Below, in pieces: positions 33,769-46,468 of a stretch of 64,000 nt of DNA. Within the stretch, counting starts at the first letter, position 1. Every line of letters starts with the position of its first letter. The notes beneath the pieces were generated by a model, which worked only from the letters and a program-made list of their open reading frames with translations, searched no databases and had not been told where the DNA came from. This stretch comes from Desulfuromonadales bacterium. GTDB taxonomy: Bacteria > Desulfobacterota > Desulfuromonadia > Desulfuromonadales > SZUA-540. The position numbers and the translations under genes are program-made. Location: assembly GCA_033549025.1 (NCBI GenBank), contig JAWSUS010000001.1, forward strand, positions 299,685 to 363,684. The letters are read 5' to 3'.

Positions 33769-35247
33769 CTACTGAGCAGCCCCTTCCTTGATCTGGCGGA
33801 TTTCCTCCTTGATCAGGCTTTCCGCCAGATCCGGCACCACATCCCAGGCAATTTTCTCAAGAATGGTGCCCGCCAGGCGCTCGACCACTTCGGCCGCCAC
33901 CCGCTCAACGATACGAGCTACTTCCGCTTCAGAAACGGCGGGGGCCGCGGCAGCGGCAGGGGCGGAAGCGACAGGCGTTTCCGGGGCCGGTTCGTCGAAC
34001 AGGGCCTCCTCCAACAGTCCCTCCTCGGCAACGGGGGCAGTCTCCTCGAATGGGGCCGGCATCTCTTCCGTCGAAGAAGGCACCTCGAAAGGTGCAGCCG
34101 ACGTCTCCTCACCAGCAGTGGTCTCCTCCGAGCCCGCGTCGAGTGCGTCTTCAGGGGACTCGGAAAGAAGATCCTCGTCGTCCCAGTCCGCCAGATCGGC
34201 CTCCTCCAAAATATCTTCGTCGGACAGGGCCAGAATGTCCTCGAGTTCCACTTCATCTTCGGCGGGCTCAGACTCAGAAGCAGGCGCCTCGTAAGTCCCC
34301 CAGACATCCTCTTCCGCCTCGGCACTCATCAGGTCCACTCCGGCCGCAGAAGTTTCGGAAGGGGCCGATTGTTCGCCTGCTTCGCCCAGCCCCTCAGGTT
34401 CATCCCCCCACAGATCATCGCTGGCTTCAGCACTCATCAGGTCTTCAGGGGCAGCTACCGGACTCGGCGATTCCTCGTCCTGCCAACCCTCCTCCCCTTC
34501 GACTTCGAAGCCGAAATCCTCCAGGGTGGCCTCTTCCACCGGGTGTTCCGCCAAGGTATCGGTTTCTGTTTCTTCGTCCCCGAGGACTTCAGTCTCGGCC
34601 TGCCACAGGTCTTCATCAGCCTGGTCGGTCGCGGCCGGCTGATCCAACTCTTCGTCATCGAAGGAAACATCGGACCAGAGGTCTTCGTCAGCAGCAACCC
34701 CATCCTCCCCTTCCATCGCCCCAGAGGGTTCGGAGGGGGCAGCAGGAGCGACGGCAGCGGGGACCAACTCCTCCCACATATCCGCCTCAATGTCTTCAAC
34801 CGGAGCGGACACTCCCGAAGGTTCCGACAACGGCGCCGCAGCGTCCTCCATTTCAGGAATCTCCGCCACGATATCGTCGGCGGCGGCGAGAAGTTCTTCG
34901 ACTTTCCGGATAAGAGCCTGGGATTCAAAAGGCTTGGCAATCCAGCCATCGGCGCCACAGGCACTGGCCTTATTTTCATCAAAAGGTTCGAAGGTGCCGG
35001 TCAAAAGCAGAACCGGCACGCCCTTGAGCCCCCCTTCCTGCTTGATTGCCGCACAAAGCTCATAGCCATTTTTCCCGGGCATGAAGACGTCGGCGAGAAC
35101 CAGGTCGGGGTGACTGGTGCGGGCTTTCTCCAGGGCGGCATCACCGTTGTCAACAACGATCAGGTCGTAATCTTCGTTGGCAAAGGTAATGCTTATGACT
35201 TTCTGGATGGTAATACTGTCGTCGGCCAACAACAGTTTTTTGCTCAT
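33769..35247 (-). CDS. romR: RomR-like response regulator (REC, long acidic linker, conserved C-terminal helices)
   Basis: Receiver with Asp53 (LADVFMPGKNGYELC, LTGTFEPFDE, KPFESQ); C-terminal EKIAWDVVPDLAESLIKEEI resembles the Myxococcus RomR C-terminus as recalled; next to valS. Confidence 0.8.
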   Translation of the reverse strand: MSKKLLLADDSITIQKVISITFANEDYDLIVVDNGDAALEKARTSHPDLVLADVFMPGKNGYELCAAIKQEGGLKGVPVLLLTGTFEPFDENKASACGADGWIAKPFESQALIRKVEELLAAADDIVAEIPEMEDAAAPLSEPSGVSAPVEDIEADMWEELVPAAVAPAAPSEPSGAMEGEDGVAADEDLWSDVSFDDEELDQPAATDQADEDLWQAETEVLGDEETETDTLAEHPVEEATLEDFGFEVEGEEGWQDEESPSPVAAPEDLMSAEASDDLWGDEPEGLGEAGEQSAPSETSAAGVDLMSAEAEEDVWGTYEAPASESEPAEDEVELEDILALSDEDILEEADLADWDDEDLLSESPEDALDAGSEETTAGEETSAAPFEVPSSTEEMPAPFEETAPVAEEGLLEEALFDEPAPETPVASAPAAAAAPAVSEAEVARIVERVAAEVVERLAGTILEKIAWDVVPDLAESLIKEEIRQIKEGAAQ

Positions 35248-35490
35248 GCAAGCCTCCTTGGCACCCCGCGATAAAGGGAGCCGGCAAAATTCCGCGGAAA
35301 AAGCCGTTTGGCATCGAAGCAAAACAGGTTCAGCGCCTTCAGATGGCGCACAGGGTACGCCTGACCGGGGAGCACCCTCCGAAAAAGGGAATCAGACCGC
35401 CGGCGAAAGGCGCAAAAACGCCATAAAATTAGCACAGGGAAATCAGGCGAGTCAAGCTTTCTCCATCGGAAATTCAAAGAGTTAAGTCCC

Positions 35491-36531
35491 TTACAAAATC
35501 TTCCATGGCTGGGGCAGAAAAAGCCGGTGATACAGATTGATGGCAAAACGGTCGGTCATGCCCGCGATAAAATCGGCAACCGAAACCTCAAGAGAGTCCC
35601 CGCAGAAGCGATCGCCCCCATGAGCCACCAGGGCCTCCTCGTCCTGCATGAAGTAAAGGAACAGTTCCCGCAGGATGCGTGAGGCCTTGATGAAATCATC
35701 ATGGACGGTTTTCACCTGGTAAACGTGAACAAACAGCCATTCACGCAGCGCATCAATGGCTTTGATGACCGCCGGCGAGAGCGAAATCTCCTCTTCATCG
35801 GATCCGATCGAAGCCTGGATCATGTCGCAGACCATAGTATTGATTCTTTGGGAGTGGCTGCGCCCGAGAACATCCACAATGGCGGCCGGAACCTGTTCTG
35901 CCCGGATAAGACCGGCACGAAGAGCATCGTCAAGGTCATGATTGACGTAGGCAACAATATCCGCCAACCGCACAACCTGCCCCTCCAGGGTCTCCGCCCT
36001 TACCGCAGGGTCCTTGGCCAGAATAGCCCCCCGCCCCTTGGAGTGTTTGACGATACCGTCGCGCACCTCGGCGGTCAGGTTTAGCCCCAGGCCCTCCTTC
36101 TCCAGGCAATCGACCACCCGCAGGCTCTGACGGACATGATGAAATCCACCGGACACCAGCTCACTCAGCACCCTTTCGCCGGCATGGCCGAAGGGGGTGT
36201 GGCCCAGATCGTGGCCAAGCGCGATGGCTTCGGTCAAATCCTCATTCAAACGAAGAGCCTTTGCGACAGTACGGGCGATCTGCGCTACTTCCAGAGTATG
36301 CGTCAGGCGGGTACGATAATGATCACCTTCCGGCGCCAGAAAGACCTGGGTCTTATGTTTAAGTCGTCGGAACGATTTGCAATGAAGGATGCGGTCACGG
36401 TCATGCTGAAAAGCCGTACGAACAGCGCAGGGATCTTCTTCCTTTTTACGCTGGCCTCCACGCATGCTCAAGCAGGCCTTGGGCGACAGAGAAAGTTCTT
36501 CCTGGTGTTCGAGTTGCTCACGGATAGTCAT
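35491..36531 (-). CDS. dgt: Deoxyguanosinetriphosphate triphosphohydrolase-like HD protein
   Basis: [51 protein letters not shown]. Confidence 0.93.
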   Translation of the reverse strand: MTIREQLEHQEELSLSPKACLSMRGGQRKKEEDPCAVRTAFQHDRDRILHCKSFRRLKHKTQVFLAPEGDHYRTRLTHTLEVAQIARTVAKALRLNEDLTEAIALGHDLGHTPFGHAGERVLSELVSGGFHHVRQSLRVVDCLEKEGLGLNLTAEVRDGIVKHSKGRGAILAKDPAVRAETLEGQVVRLADIVAYVNHDLDDALRAGLIRAEQVPAAIVDVLGRSHSQRINTMVCDMIQASIGSDEEEISLSPAVIKAIDALREWLFVHVYQVKTVHDDFIKASRILRELFLYFMQDEEALVAHGGDRFCGDSLEVSVADFIAGMTDRFAINLYHRLFLPQPWKIL

Positions 36532-36921
36532 AAAAGCCCTATAATTTTGGTGTAAACGTGTCCGGAAAAGTCCTGATGAATGGATTTCAATCTTGTGTTC
36601 TGGCGACAATAAGCTTATTTCAGGCAAGAGACTTTAAAAAAGCAAAAGGAGCCTTTAGTGCCGTTTACAATATAAAACCTTTGCAAGGCCATCTTGTTTT
36701 CAGGGACTCTCGCCCCTTTTTTTTTAAAAGATCACGGATTGAAACACCCTACCTGATCCAAAAGTAACACAAAAAAATTAAGGAGAAGTGAATTTTTCAC
36801 CATTGTGACCGATCTAAAGCTATTTTTCCCCTTGATTTTATTATCGACAATTGTTCTATTATAGAACCTGATCAAACTTGTTATCAAAACAACTCACACA
36901 TTCACAAGGAGGAAGATAACC

Positions 36922-37356
36922 ATGGCAACACTTCTCGAGATGGCGGCTGAAATTGTGGCGGCCCACGCATCGACCACACCCATGTCCCGCGACGAACTGG
37001 TCGCCGAACTCAGTGAAATCCACAACGCCCTAAGCGCTCTTGAAAAAGGCGAGGCCGTTGCCGCCGAAGCAGAAACCGTCGAAGCTCCCGCGGTTTCCCG
37101 CAAAAAAGCTTTCGGCAAAGACAAGGTGACATGCATGATCTGCGGCAAAGAGATGAAGACTCTGGCCCGCCATCTTCGCACGGCTCACGACATGAAACCC
37201 AGCGATTATCGCAAGCAGTTCGACATTCCCCGCACTCAGCCCCTGGCCGCCCGTGCCTATTCGGAAAGTCGGCGGCAAATGGCTGTTGACCGGGGTCTGG
37301 GCGAGAATCTCGCCAAAGCTCGCGCCGCCAAGGGTAAAGCCAAGGCCAAAAAGTAA
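36922..37356 (+). CDS. MucR/Ros family zinc-finger transcriptional regulator
   Basis: AAEIVAAH, PAVS, CMICGKEMKTLARHLRTAH (Cys2His2), PLAARAYSESRRQMA..GLG. Confidence 0.92.
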   Translation: MATLLEMAAEIVAAHASTTPMSRDELVAELSEIHNALSALEKGEAVAAEAETVEAPAVSRKKAFGKDKVTCMICGKEMKTLARHLRTAHDMKPSDYRKQFDIPRTQPLAARAYSESRRQMAVDRGLGENLAKARAAKGKAKAKK

Positions 37357-37383
37357 CAGTCTGCCCTAACAAGACACGTTGTA

Positions 37384-37416
37384 CAAAAAAAGCGCCCTGG
37401 CGGGGCGCTTTTTTTG
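37384..37416. terminator. Bidirectional intrinsic terminator
   Basis: CAAAAAAAGCGCCC / GGGCGCTTTTTTTG between convergent genes. Confidence 0.85.
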
Positions 37417-37436
37417 TGATGACCAACGTCTGATTT

Positions 37437-37829
37437 TCAGTTCAGCGTAAATGCAAGGGTGCGAATAACCGTGCCCTCCGCATCGAGCACATCCACGCGC
37501 CATTCCCCCGTCCATTCGGGAAGAAGGGCTTTGGAGGACCAGGTCCGCCAATTATTGGAGCGAACGGCCAGATCAACCCGGGCCATTTCTTCGTCGCCGC
37601 GGTACCAGACATGGGTCACCTGGCTGTCAGACGCCGCACCGACAATGCGGGTAAAACAATACAACTTCCCGACATCGGCCGAATAACTGGTCAGAGAATC
37701 AACGGGATTGCGGTCACTGATTTGGGAGGTGATGACACCTTCGGCCACTTCCAGGGCAAAGGCCGAGACAGGCAGACTCAGCCATGCCGCAAGCACAACA
37801 ACAAAGGCGATCACAGACAAGCGCTTCAT
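37437..37829 (-). CDS. Exported DUF2914-like protein
   Basis: Signal peptide; LYCFTRI, HVWY, WRTWSSK, GEWRVDV. Confidence 0.8.
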   Translation of the reverse strand: MKRLSVIAFVVVLAAWLSLPVSAFALEVAEGVITSQISDRNPVDSLTSYSADVGKLYCFTRIVGAASDSQVTHVWYRGDEEMARVDLAVRSNNWRTWSSKALLPEWTGEWRVDVLDAEGTVIRTLAFTLN

Positions 37830-38020
37830 AGATTTTTCTCCTTTACAGATCGGATAAAGTTTCCAGCATGCCCAATTTATATACCATAGGCTTTTCGGGT
37901 ACGCCAGCAAAGGAGGGCATATTTTTAGGGGAGATTGTCGCCTTGCGAAATTCCCCTTGACCCAACCCAAAACCCTGCTCTAAATTGTCTTGCTGTCACA
38001 AAAAGGATACTTGATTTGAT

Positions 38021-38794
38021 ATGAAACGCGTCATCGTCGGCGATAATCGGGAAAAGGTTCTCTCAACCCTGGAGGTCATTCTCAAACATTGGGGATACCG
38101 GGTGGTGGTATCTTCGCGTCCCGAGCAGATTGAAGCTTTATTGCTGGAGACCTCTCCTGACCTGTTGTTCATGGGAGCCCATTTCCTGCAAACCGGGCCA
38201 ACCCAACTTGCCGAAACCGTTCGCGAAAAGACGCTTGGGGAAAAATGTCCTCTTGTCGTTCTTAAAGAAAACGGTCGGCCGCTGCCTGCCAACCTTACGT
38301 GCGAGAGTCTGGATGTTCCTATCGGGCTATTCGAACTCTACGCCATGATCCAGAAATATCTTGAAAAAACTCCGAGAAAAAATCTGAGGCTGGACCTCAA
38401 GCTCCCGGGCGTTCTCTATCGGGAAAGCGCCCCTCATCTGTCGGAAATCATCAGTCTGAGTGAGCAGGGGCTGTTTATCCGGAGCGCTTTTCGTTTGGCC
38501 CAAGATGAGTCGCTCCAGGTCATATTCCCCTTGATGGGGATGAAGAAAGAGTTGGAAATCGAGGGGCGGGTTCTATACAACGTCCTGCCGGCGCCGGAAA
38601 ACAACTACCTGCAAGGCTCCGGCGTGGAATTCCACCACCTGACCGACCAGGACCACCTTTGTCTGCAGCGGTTCATCGAGCGCTGTTTTCTCGGCGAAAT
38701 GACGCCAAGCGAAAGGAGTCGCATGGACCTGACGGATGACCAGGTCCAGGGCCTCGAACAGGATGTTTCATTAAAACTTATCAGCAGCCACTAA
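38021..38794 (+). CDS. Degenerate receiver + PilZ domain protein
   Basis: Receiver-like N-terminus lacking the phospho-Asp (PDLLFMG); PilZ RKNLR and SLSEQG motifs, GVEF. Confidence 0.78.
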   Translation: MKRVIVGDNREKVLSTLEVILKHWGYRVVVSSRPEQIEALLLETSPDLLFMGAHFLQTGPTQLAETVREKTLGEKCPLVVLKENGRPLPANLTCESLDVPIGLFELYAMIQKYLEKTPRKNLRLDLKLPGVLYRESAPHLSEIISLSEQGLFIRSAFRLAQDESLQVIFPLMGMKKELEIEGRVLYNVLPAPENNYLQGSGVEFHHLTDQDHLCLQRFIERCFLGEMTPSERSRMDLTDDQVQGLEQDVSLKLISSH

Positions 38795-38814
38795 CGCCCC
38801 CCCCCACCCTTCCG

Positions 38815-39981
38815 TCACAGAACGCTTTTCCCCACCTCAAAAGGCACCTGCAGCGCGGCTGCGACCGTTGCCGCCACATCTGCGAAAGAAGCACGCACAC
38901 CGAGATCCGCCCCCTTTTCCAGGCCCGAATGCCAGATAAGCAGCGGCACATACTCGCGGGAGTGATCGGTACCGGGGGTGGTCGGGTCGCAGCCATGATC
39001 GGCGGTGATCATCAGAAGATCCCGTGGGCCCATGGCCCGCTGGAGATGCGGCAGCCAATGATCGAATTCTTCAAGGGCACGACCAAAGCCCGCCGCGTCC
39101 AGACGGTGGCCGTAGAGCATGTCAAAATCCACCAGATTCGTGAAGATCAGCCCTCGGTTTACCACAGACAGCGCCTCCAGGGTCTTGGCCATACCATCGG
39201 CATTGCTCTTCGAAGTTACACTGTCGGTAACCCCCTGCCCGGCAAAGATATCCCTGATTTTACCCACGGCGTATACGTGCATCCCCAACTCCTTGACTCG
39301 ATCGAGGATGGTCACCTTGGTGGGCAGGAGGGAAAAATCATGCCGGCGGGAGGTCCGGCGAAAATCCGCAGCGCACGCACCGACAAAAGGTCTGGCAATC
39401 ACCCGCCCCACCCGGTAGGGATCGAGCAGACGCCGGGCGATGCGGCAGATTTCATAAAGGCGTTCCACCGGCATGACATCTTCATGGGCGGCGATCTGAA
39501 AAACCGAGTCGGCGCTGGTATAGACGATGGGCCTACCCGTACGCAGATGCTCCTCTCCCAGCACTTTGAGAATCTCGGTACCGCTGGCGGCGATATTGCC
39601 CAGAGGCTCCAAGCCGGTCTCACGCTGGAAAGCCATCATGATTTCAGCCGGGAACCCGTCGGGGTAGGTTGCAAAAGGCTGCGTCTGAATGATGCCGGCC
39701 AGCTCCCAGTGGCCTGTTGTGGTATCTTTGCCGGCGGAAATCTCCCGCAGGCGCCCATACAGGCCCTTGGCCTCTGCCACCGGCGGCACTCCTGCCACGG
39801 GATGGATGTTTCCCAGGCCGAGCGCCTGCAGGGTTGGGAGCTGCAGGCCGCCGCAGGCCCGAGCCACATGCCCCAGCGTATCAGCCCCCTCGTCGCCGTA
39901 ATCCCCGGCGTCCTCCTGGGCGCCAATGCCTACCCCGTCCAGGGTAATCAGCACCACCCGATCAAATGTCGCTTTGTTCAT
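38815..39981 (-). CDS. deoB: Phosphopentomutase
   Basis: GKDTTTGHWE, YTSADSVFQIAAHE, NLVDFDMLYGHR, TADHGCDP, DHSREYVP. Confidence 0.96.
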   Translation of the reverse strand: MNKATFDRVVLITLDGVGIGAQEDAGDYGDEGADTLGHVARACGGLQLPTLQALGLGNIHPVAGVPPVAEAKGLYGRLREISAGKDTTTGHWELAGIIQTQPFATYPDGFPAEIMMAFQRETGLEPLGNIAASGTEILKVLGEEHLRTGRPIVYTSADSVFQIAAHEDVMPVERLYEICRIARRLLDPYRVGRVIARPFVGACAADFRRTSRRHDFSLLPTKVTILDRVKELGMHVYAVGKIRDIFAGQGVTDSVTSKSNADGMAKTLEALSVVNRGLIFTNLVDFDMLYGHRLDAAGFGRALEEFDHWLPHLQRAMGPRDLLMITADHGCDPTTPGTDHSREYVPLLIWHSGLEKGADLGVRASFADVAATVAAALQVPFEVGKSVL

Positions 39982-40649
39982 AGATCCCTCTGACGCCGCC
40001 ATTGTTCAACGATGGCTACCCCCGCACTGGTGCCGATGCGGGTAGCTCCGGCGGCGAGCATGCGATGGCAGGTTTCCCAGTCGCGTATGCCGCCGGCGGC
40101 CTTGACCCCGATACGGCCGGCCACAGCCTCGGCCAGCAGGGCAACATCCCCTTCCGTCGCGCCACCGGGACCGAACCCCGTCGAGGTCTTGACATAAGCG
40201 GCGCCAGCTTCCACGACCAGACGGGCCAGTTCGCCCTTAAGGGCATCCTCCAGATAACAGCACTCCAGGATTACCTTGACCCGGGCCCCTTCGGCGGCGG
40301 CGACTACCTGGCGGATATCCTGTAAAACCTCATCAAGGCGCCCCTCCAGCGCCGCCCCGACCGGAATAACCATGTCGACTTCAGCGGCGCCCTTTCGCAC
40401 CGCGTCCTGCGCTTCGAAGGCTTTGACCAGAGAACTGGCATAACCAAGCGGAAAGCCAACCACCGTTCCCACGGCGACCTCCGAGCCATAAAGGATATCC
40501 GCGGCCAGGGGGATCCAGAAAGGGGGGATGCAAACCGAAGCAAAACCGTACTCCACCGCCTCTTCGCACAGGTGGCGAATCTGGCTCGAGCGCGTATCCG
40601 CCTTCAGCAGTGTATGATCAATCCGGGATGCAGGGCTCTCAAAATTCAT
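39978..40649 (-). CDS. deoC: Deoxyribose-phosphate aldolase
   Basis: IDHTLLK, VVGFPLG, EVDMV, KVILE, KTSTGF, KAAGGIR, RIGTS. Confidence 0.95.
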   Translation of the reverse strand: MNFESPASRIDHTLLKADTRSSQIRHLCEEAVEYGFASVCIPPFWIPLAADILYGSEVAVGTVVGFPLGYASSLVKAFEAQDAVRKGAAEVDMVIPVGAALEGRLDEVLQDIRQVVAAAEGARVKVILECCYLEDALKGELARLVVEAGAAYVKTSTGFGPGGATEGDVALLAEAVAGRIGVKAAGGIRDWETCHRMLAAGATRIGTSAGVAIVEQWRRQRDL

Positions 40650-40749
40650 GTTCAGCCTCATCACTCAAGGGCAGTAAAATAGAAACGGGCCGCAGAAAAA
40701 AGCGGCCCGCATCGTTCAGCAGACAGCGGAAAAGGCAGAAGCCCGTCCC

Positions 40750-41949
40750 TCAACTGCGATAATCGGAGTTTATCTTCACATAATCGTAAGTCAAATCAGA
40801 CGTGTAGTAATCGCCCGTCCCCTCACCCAGCCCCAGGTCAACGGTCACAGTGAATTCCGGCTTTTTGAGCACGGCGGTCGCCTGCGCCTCAATATCCTGG
40901 CCGGTGCTCAGCCCCTGACGAACGACAGGAACCTCGTCGAACAGAATGGACACCCGGTTGGGATCGACTTCAGCTCCGGAATAACCGGCCGCGGCAATGA
41001 TGCGCCCCCAGTTGGCGTCCGCCCCGAAAAAGGCGGTCTTGACCAGACTGGAGGTGGCAATGCTGCGCGCCACCGTTTTCGCTTCGACGGCATTGAGGGC
41101 CCCTTGCACATGAATGCGCACAACCTTGGTGGCCCCTTCGCCGTCTCGGACGATCATCTTGGCCAGATCCAGCAGGACCGTCTTCAAGGCCTGCAGAAAA
41201 GCGGCCCCGGCCTCCGTCCCCTCCTGGATGGGCGCATTGCCGGCCAGGCCATTGGCAAGAATAAGGACCATATCGTTTGTGGAAGTATCGCCGTCCACCG
41301 TGATGCTGTTGAAAGAATCGGCAACGGCCTGGCGCAGCGCATCCTTGAGGAAAGCGGGTTCCACTTCGGCGTCAGTCATCACAAAGCCGAGCATGGTCGC
41401 CATGTTGGGATGAATCATGCCGGCGCCCTTGGCGATGCCCATCAGGGTGTACTGTCCTTGCCCACAGGAAACACGCACCGACGCCATCTTGGGAAAAGCG
41501 TCGGTGGTGCGAATGGCCTGGGCCACATCGGGGGCAGCGCCTTCATTTAAAGCCACAGGGAGCGAAGGAATGGCTCTTTCGAACTTGTCCATCGGCAGCG
41601 GCACCCCGATGACGCCGGTGGAAGAAACGGCGACCAGCGCTTCGTCAATACCCAGCGCACTGGCACAGAGCGCGCCGCAACGGCGGGCATCCTTGAGGCC
41701 CTGCTCTCCCGTACAGGCATTGGCGTTCCCACTATTGACGAGAACAGCTTGGCAGCGTCCGAGTTGGATACGGGGGGCGGTCACCTGCAAGGGAGCCGCA
41801 ATCACCTTGTTGGTGGTGAAGACACCGGCGGCCGTCGCCGGTACTTCAGAGAGGATGAGGGCCAGATCAGCTTTACCTGACTTTTTGATGCCGGCCGAAG
41901 CTGCGGCGAAGCGAAACCCCTTGACCGTTTCGGATATGGTCTCAGTCAT
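40750..41949 (-). CDS. argJ: Ornithine acetyltransferase / N-acetylglutamate synthase
   Basis: NSGNANACTG, KGAGMIHPNMATML, DGDTSTND, RDGEGATK, DANWGRI. Confidence 0.96.
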   Translation of the reverse strand: MTETISETVKGFRFAAASAGIKKSGKADLALILSEVPATAAGVFTTNKVIAAPLQVTAPRIQLGRCQAVLVNSGNANACTGEQGLKDARRCGALCASALGIDEALVAVSSTGVIGVPLPMDKFERAIPSLPVALNEGAAPDVAQAIRTTDAFPKMASVRVSCGQGQYTLMGIAKGAGMIHPNMATMLGFVMTDAEVEPAFLKDALRQAVADSFNSITVDGDTSTNDMVLILANGLAGNAPIQEGTEAGAAFLQALKTVLLDLAKMIVRDGEGATKVVRIHVQGALNAVEAKTVARSIATSSLVKTAFFGADANWGRIIAAAGYSGAEVDPNRVSILFDEVPVVRQGLSTGQDIEAQATAVLKKPEFTVTVDLGLGEGTGDYYTSDLTYDYVKINSDYRS

Positions 41950-42022
41950 GACAGATGCTCCCGAATCCTGACGTGATGGATGAGAAAACATGATAGCCCT
42001 GAAGCCGGCGAAGGACGTTCGC

Positions 42023-44713
<2,691 letters not shown>

Positions 44714-44876
44714 CAAAAGGCTCCTTACCGTTTCAGAATTTGTTCAGCGGGGCGTCGCCAGTTTTTCCACCGGCAGGCCAGATCGCGCTGAAGACCCGGA
44801 ATCATAGCATAGCCCCGAGAATCCTCACAAGGACTATGACGCTCCCATACTGCCGTTTCGTGTCATCCCCAAAAAA

Positions 44877-44903
44877 CAAAACCCCGGGAATTCCGGGGTT
44901 TTG
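44877..44903 (-). terminator. Intrinsic terminator after the M23 peptidase gene
   Basis: CAAAACCCCGG / CCGGGGTTTTG stem; T-rich tract on the minus strand. Confidence 0.7.
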
Positions 44904-44924
44904 TAATGGGTGACAGGCAAATCG

Positions 44925-45794
44925 TCAGATATATTTTTTTGGATTGAGGGGCACGCCATTGAGGCGAACCTCATAATGCAGATGGGTACCGGTGGAAGTC
45001 CCCGTGTTGCCAACCGCCGCGATTTTGTCCCCGCGCTTGACCCGTTGACCGACCTTGACAAAGAGTTTGGAGTTGTGGCCGTAGAGGGTTTTGAAGCCGT
45101 AGCCGTGGTCGATGACGACCATTTTGCCGTAGCCGGGAGCGGTTTCCGCCCGGCTGACGATGCCGTCGGCGGTCGCGATAACTGTCGTACCGGTACTGGC
45201 CGCGATATCAAGCCCTTCGTGCATTTTGCGTTTCCCCGTAAAGGGAGAATTACGTATGCCGAAATTGGAGGTCACCCAGCCTTTGACGGGCCAGCCATTG
45301 GGTTTAGCCGCCATGAGAGAGCGCTGGTCGTTGAGAAAGCCCTGAACCTCTTCCTGACTTTCCCGACGAAGCTCAATGGCCTCGCGGATCTGGTCGATCT
45401 GCCGCTGCAACTCGGAGAATTCGGTGGCCGCATCGTCCTCCGGCGCTCCCCCCATGCCATTGAGGGCGTCGGGGCGGGGACCGGACAACTGGGCGAGCAC
45501 CCGAACCTTGGCGTCATTCTGGGCCAAGACCACCATTTCCTTACGCAGATCTTCGATGTTGGCATAGAGCCGGCCGATCTCCTGCTGCTGGGAACGGTTT
45601 TCGGTACGCAGGCGCTGCAGTTCCTGACGGTCCACATGCGTTCTGACGTAATCGAAAAGCAGCGCGCTCGTACCCAGAAAAAGCAGGACGGAACAGGAAA
45701 TGGCCAGAGAGATCCAGCGCCGGGGCAGCGTGAACCGGCGCACCCGATGAGATCCTTCCGGAATGACAAGCAGTGTAAATCGTTTAGCGGACAA
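44925..45794 (-). CDS. M23 family metallopeptidase with TM anchor and coiled coil
   Basis: HEGLD (HxxxD) and HLH (HxH) zinc motifs, GYGK, GNTGTSTG; TTG start. Confidence 0.92.
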   Translation of the reverse strand: MSAKRFTLLVIPEGSHRVRRFTLPRRWISLAISCSVLLFLGTSALLFDYVRTHVDRQELQRLRTENRSQQQEIGRLYANIEDLRKEMVVLAQNDAKVRVLAQLSGPRPDALNGMGGAPEDDAATEFSELQRQIDQIREAIELRRESQEEVQGFLNDQRSLMAAKPNGWPVKGWVTSNFGIRNSPFTGKRKMHEGLDIAASTGTTVIATADGIVSRAETAPGYGKMVVIDHGYGFKTLYGHNSKLFVKVGQRVKRGDKIAAVGNTGTSTGTHLHYEVRLNGVPLNPKKYI

Positions 45795-45963
45795 ACGGTC
45801 CTCCTGGTTTTTTAGTATCGCACCATCCGAATGAACATGAATCCGCGACGCTCATTAATAAAAGAAGCCGCCAAGCCCTGTCAAGCTATTTGGGAATCTG
45901 CGGTTTACTTTACAAGGTCCGTTGACGTTTTTGGGCTTATTGAACCGCCATTGAGCAGAAAGA

Positions 45964-46413
45964 TCAGAGCTCGATACTCAGGGCGATTTCATCGCACTCG
46001 GGAAACTTGGCGCACTTGATACAATCGCTCCAGATCTTGTGCGGCAATTCCGCTTTTTCAATCAGGTGGAATCCCATCTTTTCAAAAAATCCGGGCTTGT
46101 AGGTCAGCGCAAAAACCCGTCTGACCCCAAGCTGCCGGGCCTCTTCCAGACAGGCCATGACAAGCTGACGGCCGATCCCCTTAAGGCCGCTGGACTCTGA
46201 AACCGCCAGGGAGCGCACTTCGGCCAGGTCCTCCCAGCAGATAGTCAGCGAAACCGTACCGACAACTTCGCCGTCTTCCTCGAAAACATAAAAATCACGT
46301 ATGGTTTCATATATTTCCGACAAGGAACGGGACAGCATGAGACCGTCCTTGGCATAACCAATCAAAAGCTTATGGATGGACTTGGCGTCCGGTATTCGGG
46401 CTCTTCGTATCAT
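45964..46413 (-). CDS. GNAT acetyltransferase, short ArgA-like N-acetylglutamate synthase
   Basis: LAEVRSLAV, GIGRQLV, VFALT, FFEKMGF, LPHKIWSDCIKC..FP.CDE. Confidence 0.82.
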   Translation of the reverse strand: MIRRARIPDAKSIHKLLIGYAKDGLMLSRSLSEIYETIRDFYVFEEDGEVVGTVSLTICWEDLAEVRSLAVSESSGLKGIGRQLVMACLEEARQLGVRRVFALTYKPGFFEKMGFHLIEKAELPHKIWSDCIKCAKFPECDEIALSIEL

Positions 46414-46468
46414 CGCGCGACTTCTCTCCATCTCACAAAAAACGGCCCCACAAAAAAACCTGAAAAGG

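Noticed and set aside
35248..35490. Possible c-di-GMP/cGAMP (GEMM-I) riboswitch upstream of romR
   Set aside because: No GEMM-I consensus (GGxAAA...GNRA loop...GCAAA) recognised by eye on the coding strand; an Rfam scan would be needed to exclude it fully
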